NCBI GenBank assembly: GCA_050287845.1
Contig: JBNKCR010000055.1
Coordinates: 96,001-160,000 of the forward strand
Direction of reading: 5' to 3'
Length of the DNA stretch: 64,000 nt
DNA from: Polyangia bacterium
GTDB lineage: Bacteria > Myxococcota_A > Polyangia > JAAYKL01
Shown here: piece after piece, positions 58,201-64,000 of the stretch
How the letters are laid out: each line of letters starts with the position of its first letter
Position numbering within the stretch: position 1 is the first letter of the stretch
Notes under the pieces: generated by a model
What the model saw: the letters and a program-made list of their open reading frames with translations, nothing else
Database searches by the model: none
Told to the model about the DNA's origin: nothing
Position numbers and translations under genes: made by a program

Positions 58201-59340
58201 TTATTCAAAAACAGAATGCACGTGCTTCCAGTATCGATCCCTGGGGTGTTGCTGCAGATACTCACGAATTTTCGCTTTTCCGGCAGCGTGATTTCCATTC
58301 TTCAGATGGGTACAGGCGTCCTCCAGCAGTTGCTCTGCTGCCGGAATAGTGGGCATTTGCGTATTGGGTGCGACTGTCGGCGGGTTCTTCGATTCCACCG
58401 TCATGTCGTCTTCGGGGGGGACCAGGATTTCTTTTGGGGGGGTGTCCGCAATGCCTCCACCTCGCTTCCGGGGTCGGGTTGACCTCGGCTTTTTCCGGGA
58501 ATCCATAGCGGGAGCTGTGGTTGGTTTCTCGACTGCAGGATTTCCATTCACTGTATCCGTTGCAGGCAACGACAATTCGGGCAATTTCGGTCCCGGCAAT
58601 GCATAGGTTTTTTCAGGAATCAATAACGCCGAAATGACATCACTCGCATCAAGGGGTCGACGGGTGTCGATGATGTTGTTTTTTACCCGGATATACCACC
58701 CCGCATCCACAATCTCCCGAACGCTGCCTGCGAGTAACGCAATTCTTCCTTCGAAAAGACGAAGCTCCGTTTCATCTGCGGTGACCTGCAGAGAAAAGAT
58801 CGTCCCCAGCACTTCAATGACGCAACTCGCGGTATGGATTTTCGTTGGAGCGCTGCGTTTATTGAAACTGGCCAGCACTCCGCCGGAAGTCAGGTTCAAA
58901 TCACCGGCATCAGAAAGAAAGGAGACCGTTGTTTCTGCGGGCATCCAGAGGGTGGATTGATCGTTCAAAACCACCTTGGCGCCGCCGGCAGTGGGCACGC
59001 GGACCGGCCGATGAAGCGGAATTGACGAAACCAGTCCACTCATTTCCCCCAATAGATGGGGGGGATGATTCGTATTTGCTGTAACCTGAATCGGTGCGTC
59101 GGACCACGGAATCTTCCGGTATCCGAGGAACCCCAGCCCCAGAATCAGCAGCGCCGCCACACCCGGCACAAGAATGCGGGAGATGCGGCGGGGATGGCGG
59201 CCGGCATTATCTTTCCGCAACCGTGAGACCAGATTCCGTCTGGTCAACTCATCGGCGGATTCGGTTCGAATGGCGCAATGATCCAGCTCACGTCGAAATG
59301 AATCCCATTTTTTGCGGTTCTGAAACAGCGGCTTCATCAT
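58201..59340 (-). CDS. FecR-like anti-sigma factor
   Basis: Single TM, IEVLGTIFSL, LFEGRI, Pro-rich linker, terminal TPR-like YLQQHP. ATGA overlap with the sigma gene. Confidence 0.85.
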   Translation of the reverse strand: MMKPLFQNRKKWDSFRRELDHCAIRTESADELTRRNLVSRLRKDNAGRHPRRISRILVPGVAALLILGLGFLGYRKIPWSDAPIQVTANTNHPPHLLGEMSGLVSSIPLHRPVRVPTAGGAKVVLNDQSTLWMPAETTVSFLSDAGDLNLTSGGVLASFNKRSAPTKIHTASCVIEVLGTIFSLQVTADETELRLFEGRIALLAGSVREIVDAGWYIRVKNNIIDTRRPLDASDVISALLIPEKTYALPGPKLPELSLPATDTVNGNPAVEKPTTAPAMDSRKKPRSTRPRKRGGGIADTPPKEILVPPEDDMTVESKNPPTVAPNTQMPTIPAAEQLLEDACTHLKNGNHAAGKAKIREYLQQHPRDRYWKHVHSVFE

Positions 59341-60119
59341 ATGACTCCCCCCGACTTTTTTCCCGATGGCTTTTCGGGGTGCACCATCAATTCCCTGAGC
59401 ACCGCGCTCTTCGCTGCCTTTTTCATCATATCCCGTCGTGCAAAGAAAATTCGGGATTTCACCGTTGGTCCATTTGAACCGGTCATTTCCGCTATTTCTG
59501 AAATGGTATACCCTTCCATTTCAAACAGTATGAATGCAATCCGGCGTTTGGGGCTCAGGGTATTGAGAATGGCATACAGTTCGCGGATTTCAGCGCGGAC
59601 GGACATTGACTCGCACTGTTCAGCAGGCACCGGGGGAAACGCGGTATCACCGTCGGCAATTGGTTTGCGCTTTTTTTTACGGAGCCAGGACAGGGCGACG
59701 TTGGCAGTCATCCGATGCAACCAGGTGGCAAACCGGCAATCACCCCTGAATGCGTGGACTGACTGGAGCACATGCACAAAAACATCCTGAAGTAAGTCGT
59801 CCACATATTCGTTTGGCCCCAGAATCCCCACCAGTAACCTTCGAACATATGTGCCGTGCATTTCATACAGCTTGCCGACAGCATAGGCATCACCCTGTTG
59901 GGCCTTTTCTACCAGAGACTGCTCAATCAGAATATCTTCCCGAGTCGCGTGCTGTTTTCTTTCACCGGATGATTGCAGGGGTGGCCTCCTATTCAAACCA
60001 ACTGTATATCGGACGCCGTGTGCTGTGAAAAAGTTTGAAGGAAAAATAAAAAAAAGCCGGCCGCATGAAATTTCAAAAATAGTGGGTGTTGAAGTTTCCG
60101 ATGAGGGGAAAAGCCACAC
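59337..60119 (-). CDS. ECF RNA polymerase sigma factor (true start probably downstream of 60119)
   Basis: DDLLQDVF, FATWLHRMTANV, EIAEMTG...TVKSRIFFAR. Confidence 0.92.
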   Translation of the reverse strand: MWLFPSSETSTPTIFEISCGRLFFIFPSNFFTAHGVRYTVGLNRRPPLQSSGERKQHATREDILIEQSLVEKAQQGDAYAVGKLYEMHGTYVRRLLVGILGPNEYVDDLLQDVFVHVLQSVHAFRGDCRFATWLHRMTANVALSWLRKKKRKPIADGDTAFPPVPAEQCESMSVRAEIRELYAILNTLSPKRRIAFILFEMEGYTISEIAEMTGSNGPTVKSRIFFARRDMMKKAAKSAVLRELMVHPEKPSGKKSGGVI

Positions 60120-60180
60120 GCCGGGTCATTTTTCCTGCAACAGAACTTGAGTGTAGCCGAGCGGGAAGCAACAAACCGGG

Positions 60181-60210
60181 CGTGAATGCCCATCTCGTGA
60201 ATGCCCATCT
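60181..60210. repeat. Perfect 15-bp tandem direct repeat in a divergent intergenic region
   Basis: CGTGAATGCCCATCT x2. Confidence 0.85.
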
Positions 60211-60461
60211 GCCGCTTCCTGGAAGGGTAGTTCCGTCTATACTTTATCTTTTCCCCTTAAATGACCATTGAACAGAATGACTAAAAACGCTGCAGAACCT
60301 GCTTGACTTCATTTCCAACACCATATAGTAATGGCATCTCAACAACCTTACTGATTTTGCGAAGACTCTCTATTTCGACGTGAATAGCCGCTATTCAGCG
60401 TTTTTTCTGTGTGCTCAAAGGGGCGCAGAAAGTCACAACAATATCGAGAGGAGAATAGTCC

Positions 60462-60800
60462 ATGGCAAAAGCAACGTTTCTTCAATTGTTGCGGGTTCAA
60501 ATTCCGCCGGAGATCATTAAACGCCAGGACCGGGTCAAGTACCTGGTCCTGCCAATCTGGCGTGCCAAAGAGCTGATGCCGGAAATCGAAAATACCGTTG
60601 TGCGCATGTCTGAGGGGAAATCGAATGAATTTGATGATTTCATTGAAGTTCAGGTGAACAAGTTCCTCGAAGGCGAAAAGCCCCCTGCAGAAATCGAAAC
60701 AATGATCATGAACTTCGCCGATTGCAAACTGCGGGGCGAGGACATTGTCATTCGTGCAGGCGATTACATCGCTCTACAGAACTATTATCAAAACGGTTAA
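60462..60800 (+). CDS. 112-aa hypothetical protein upstream of rSAM/SPASM
   Basis: GAGGAG RBS, first gene of the operon. Confidence 0.75.
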   Translation: MAKATFLQLLRVQIPPEIIKRQDRVKYLVLPIWRAKELMPEIENTVVRMSEGKSNEFDDFIEVQVNKFLEGEKPPAEIETMIMNFADCKLRGEDIVIRAGDYIALQNYYQNG

Positions 60801-60869
60801 AAACATCCTGGTAGTCCACAATTCGAAGCGATCAATTTCGGCATAACATATGCCGTGCTTTGAACCAGA

Positions 60870-61901
60870 ATGGAGGCGACGTTGACTTTCGTAGGTTTTC
60901 CTTTCATCGTTGGTTGGGAATTTACTCAGCAATGCAATTTGCGGTGTCAGCATTGCGGTTCCTCTGCAGGCGAACCGCGCCCGGAGGAATTGAGCACGAA
61001 AGAGGCATTGGATATCTGCGATCAATTCACGGACCTTCTGGTTCAGGAGGTGGATTTCACCGGTGGTGAGCCCCTGCTGCGCAATGACTTCGACAAAGTT
61101 GTATCAAAACTGACCCGTAGCGGCATTCTTGTCAATGTCCTGACCAATGGACTGATCATGTCGTCGGACACAGTGTCTCGGTTAAAAGATCTCGGTATCT
61201 CATGTGTCGGTATCAGTCTCGATGGCATGGAAAGCACACATGACAGGATAAGAGCCCGAACGGGATCGTTTAATGCCGTGTTGACTGCCATGGATAACAT
61301 GCAGCAACAGGACATGCCCTTTAACGTTATTTCCACCATCAGCAGCTGTAATCTAAATGAATTACCGGCTCTGCATAGCCTTTTGTCACAATACGGTACC
61401 ACCCACTGGCGGCTTCAGGCCATTTTCCCCGAAGGCAGAGCGAAGCAGCATTCTGAACTGACGCTGGACAAAACCGGACTAGCGCGTTTGGGGCGGTTTA
61501 TTCAGACAAACCATGCGATCTCCACAACGAATGCTCCTGAAATTCTGTGCAGCGACGGCTTGCAATATGTCGTTCAGAATCCCGAGAACGAAAGCCCATG
61601 GCGTGGCTGTCCTGCGGGGATCACCGCCTGCGGAATAACCAGCGACGGCAGGATTAAAGGATGTCTTTCCATGCCGGATGAGCTTATCGAAGGTGACCTG
61701 CGAAAAGATACGTTATGGCGTATCTGGTTTCGCGACGATGCCTTTCCATACAGCAGGGCTGCCTGTGCTGAGCATGTCGGCGATAACTGCAACAACTGCC
61801 CAAAGATTGCTGAATGCAAAGGCGGATGCTCGGTAAGCTCATATGCGCTCACTGGCAAATTCAATAATGATCCTTATTGCGTCTATAATGCCCTTCAATA
61901 A
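60870..61901 (+). CDS. Radical SAM/SPASM protein
   Basis: WEFTQQCNLRCQHCGS, TGGEP, WRGCPAG...GRIKGCLS, CNNCPKIAECKGGC, DPYC. Confidence 0.93.
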   Translation: MEATLTFVGFPFIVGWEFTQQCNLRCQHCGSSAGEPRPEELSTKEALDICDQFTDLLVQEVDFTGGEPLLRNDFDKVVSKLTRSGILVNVLTNGLIMSSDTVSRLKDLGISCVGISLDGMESTHDRIRARTGSFNAVLTAMDNMQQQDMPFNVISTISSCNLNELPALHSLLSQYGTTHWRLQAIFPEGRAKQHSELTLDKTGLARLGRFIQTNHAISTTNAPEILCSDGLQYVVQNPENESPWRGCPAGITACGITSDGRIKGCLSMPDELIEGDLRKDTLWRIWFRDDAFPYSRAACAEHVGDNCNNCPKIAECKGGCSVSSYALTGKFNNDPYCVYNALQ

Positions 61902-61926
61902 CGCCCCAAAAAGGAGAACACAGGAA

Positions 61927-62547
61927 ATGCCAAGTATAAATGAAGTATGGGAACAGGCCGTGCAGGCAAATGCCAATCTCGCGCGGTTACACGATGACAT
62001 GGTGTCCTTGGGTACGTGCTGCAGCAATACGAACAGCAAACTGCAGTGGCTTATCAATCTGACCACTGAAACCAATGACTGGCAGGAAGAACTGTTCAAG
62101 GTGGCCAACAACGGATTTGCAGCCATTTCATCGGGGATTCAGGGGATTCACGATCGCCAGGAATTGATGAGTCAGCTGCTTCTGTTCATGGCGGAACAAC
62201 AGAACACCATGATTTGCGCGCTGGAAAAAATATCGAGCAATACCTGTAGAATGCTCAACCATTCTGCTGAACAGACCGCCCTGCAACGACACATGGCAGA
62301 TCACCTGTACGGACTCGAACACATGTACGCCACGTCAAATCCCGAAGCCGCTCTTGTTTATCGCAGACACAGTGAAGCAGAGGAAAAGATGCGCAATTGC
62401 TGTCCATCAAAACCATCGCCACCGGAATGTCAACAGGAACCGTGTTCTAAACCCGTTAAGCCAAAATTTAAACCCATATCGGAATTTACCGGATACCAAC
62501 CCATTGACCCCGCGGTCAATCGAGTTAAACCCGATCAGCTGGATTAG
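61927..62547 (+). CDS. Hypothetical helical protein with Cys/Pro-rich tail
   Basis: AAGGAG RBS upstream of ATG 61927, Gln/Asn-rich helices, CCPSKPSPPECQQEPC. Confidence 0.7.
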   Translation: MPSINEVWEQAVQANANLARLHDDMVSLGTCCSNTNSKLQWLINLTTETNDWQEELFKVANNGFAAISSGIQGIHDRQELMSQLLLFMAEQQNTMICALEKISSNTCRMLNHSAEQTALQRHMADHLYGLEHMYATSNPEAALVYRRHSEAEEKMRNCCPSKPSPPECQQEPCSKPVKPKFKPISEFTGYQPIDPAVNRVKPDQLD

Positions 62548-62561
62548 AAGAGGGTGGTGCC

Positions 62562-63980
62562 ATGACCATTCAAATTAGAACAGCCCCCTATGAACGTGTC
62601 GGAGGCGATCATCTCGGACCATTCGAGGTCCACCCGGATTTGGTTCAGATGCATTTGGGCGTCATCGCCATGAGCGGCACAGAGGATTTACCCGGTAGCA
62701 TGAATACGGACACAGATCCTGCAGATCCTGATTATCTGTTATTGGAGTGGGATCCCGGTCCACAGGACACTACGACCGCATCAGGTCAGGTGCGTCAATT
62801 ATTGAAGGACATGGTTGATTCATCAAGGGACTTCAAACTCTTTGGCGTCGGCCCCGGATTCGTGTGGAGCGACGGCAGCACACTGCGAGACGGTGCAGGT
62901 GGCGCACTTGGGTCATTTTTATTTTACGATGTCGAGAACTGTGAAGGAGATGGTCGCTGGGTCAGAGGTGTCAACGGCGAGGAAGTATGCACCTCGTCAG
63001 CTGGAATTCTTTTTCACGAGATGGGGCATCGTCACCTCGGCCATCCATCCGGTTTCTCGAGCGAAGACACGGACAACGATGAACGTGCCGCAGTGGGTGT
63101 GGAGAATCTGCTGCGAACTGCACAGGGATTGGTCGAACGCGATCCGGACCACTGGCCCGAATCTTCCTGCGGATGTCCAGGCAGCGACTGCTGCATTGTT
63201 GCCAGCGTCGCCAGTGGCTCGCCATATTCATCCGAGGTTCATGCCCTGCGCTTTCTAAGAGATTACATATTGCGGACCACGGTACTGGGGCGTCATCTTT
63301 TTGATATGCTGCACAGCGAATATTATTCGTTCAGTGTTTCTGTCTGTCGCATCATGTTACTGTCCCCCGAAGCCAAAACCAATGTTCAAAACTGGCTTGT
63401 CATACCGCTTATTCAATCATATGAGGCAGCGCGTCGGTATGCATGTTTTCCAGAAGACATCGCAGGTCTTGGAAAACAGGTGATGGAAAATTCCCTGCCT
63501 GACTCTCCGGTCGAATCTTTGGAACATGCCGACCTGGAAAAAGGTCTGCTTTTCATTGAGGCGTTGCTCGAGAGGTCGCCTTCGACGGTGCAAAATTGCG
63601 CCCTTGATGCGAGTACAATCGAAATCTGCGACACACTGAAAACCCATCTTCGCAATTGTCCCCATATCACATGGGCAATCATCGAGCCATTACTGGCATA
63701 TGTGGAGACGAAGGTTCAGTTTCGGGGCACTGCGCAAATCGAAGACGCGGGACTTTTTTTTAAGCAAAGGATGGAAACATGGCTGCCGGCAATTCCTTTG
63801 CGTTATCTCCTTCCCAAAATGTCTGATACCGATCTGCTGGAAAGTCTTTCGCGGTTGTCTGAATCAGTATTTACATCATCCGATGTCCGTAAACAACTCG
63901 GTATCAGAATATCAGACACACTGTCTTCCCACAAAAGAGACGCGATAACCGGCCGTCTCAGGGACATGGGGTATCTTTAA
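62562..63980 (+). CDS. HEXXH zinc-metallopeptidase-like protein with internal CFI-box-like domain
   Basis: ILFHEMGH...DERAAVGVENLLR, then CCIVASVASGSPYSSEVHALRFLRDYIL...GR...EYYSFS. Confidence 0.75.
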   Translation: MTIQIRTAPYERVGGDHLGPFEVHPDLVQMHLGVIAMSGTEDLPGSMNTDTDPADPDYLLLEWDPGPQDTTTASGQVRQLLKDMVDSSRDFKLFGVGPGFVWSDGSTLRDGAGGALGSFLFYDVENCEGDGRWVRGVNGEEVCTSSAGILFHEMGHRHLGHPSGFSSEDTDNDERAAVGVENLLRTAQGLVERDPDHWPESSCGCPGSDCCIVASVASGSPYSSEVHALRFLRDYILRTTVLGRHLFDMLHSEYYSFSVSVCRIMLLSPEAKTNVQNWLVIPLIQSYEAARRYACFPEDIAGLGKQVMENSLPDSPVESLEHADLEKGLLFIEALLERSPSTVQNCALDASTIEICDTLKTHLRNCPHITWAIIEPLLAYVETKVQFRGTAQIEDAGLFFKQRMETWLPAIPLRYLLPKMSDTDLLESLSRLSESVFTSSDVRKQLGIRISDTLSSHKRDAITGRLRDMGYL

Positions 63981-64000
63981 TGAAGACGGAATCATTCAGG
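63980..64000 (+). CDS. Probable start of the next operon gene (truncated by the window edge)
   Basis: TAATG stop/start overlap, MKTESFR. Confidence 0.4.

Overview
A bacterial chromosomal segment, probably from a Myxococcota/deltaproteobacterial-type organism. This is inferred from Asp/Thr-repeat lipoproteins, a GGCGC C-terminal tail, a CglF/GltF-like gene, DUF507 and a CxxxY CcmE. Housekeeping and envelope genes: RND pump plus TolC, tkt, DUF4159/vWA-GATase, cstA, a Gld-like ABC trio, gmk-yicC, ccmE, and an ECF sigma/FecR/DUF4349 run. A motility block holds three tandem short flagellins with a sigma28 promoter and CsrA-type GGA hairpins, HDOD proteins and a pseudo-receiver. An accessory region (about 12-31 kb) and the right end hold three separate radical-SAM loci, each beside a candidate peptide or protein substrate. 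The strongest candidate for a new system is 21455-25511 (-): a B12-dependent radical SAM, then a chagasin/I42-like domain fused to 10 Tyr-Ala-(Ala/Val)-Pro repeats, then a hairpin, then a radical SAM/SPASM-TPR enzyme. It looks like a multi-core RiPP/protein-modification system, possibly splicease-like. Other notable items: an EpeE(YydG)-like rSAM lacking the H-donor Cys beside a 67-aa peptide; an rSAM/SPASM operon with a HEXXH protease carrying an internal CFI-box-like domain; a VOMI-domain secreted protein; trypsin-like and GH54 proteins with altered catalytic residues; a 186-bp palindromic MITE-like element whose second copy supplies an rSAM stop codon; and an unannotated 47-aa ORF behind a sigma28 promoter. 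No rRNA, tRNA or CRISPR array was recognised. All family calls are by-eye motif recognition; no database search was run.
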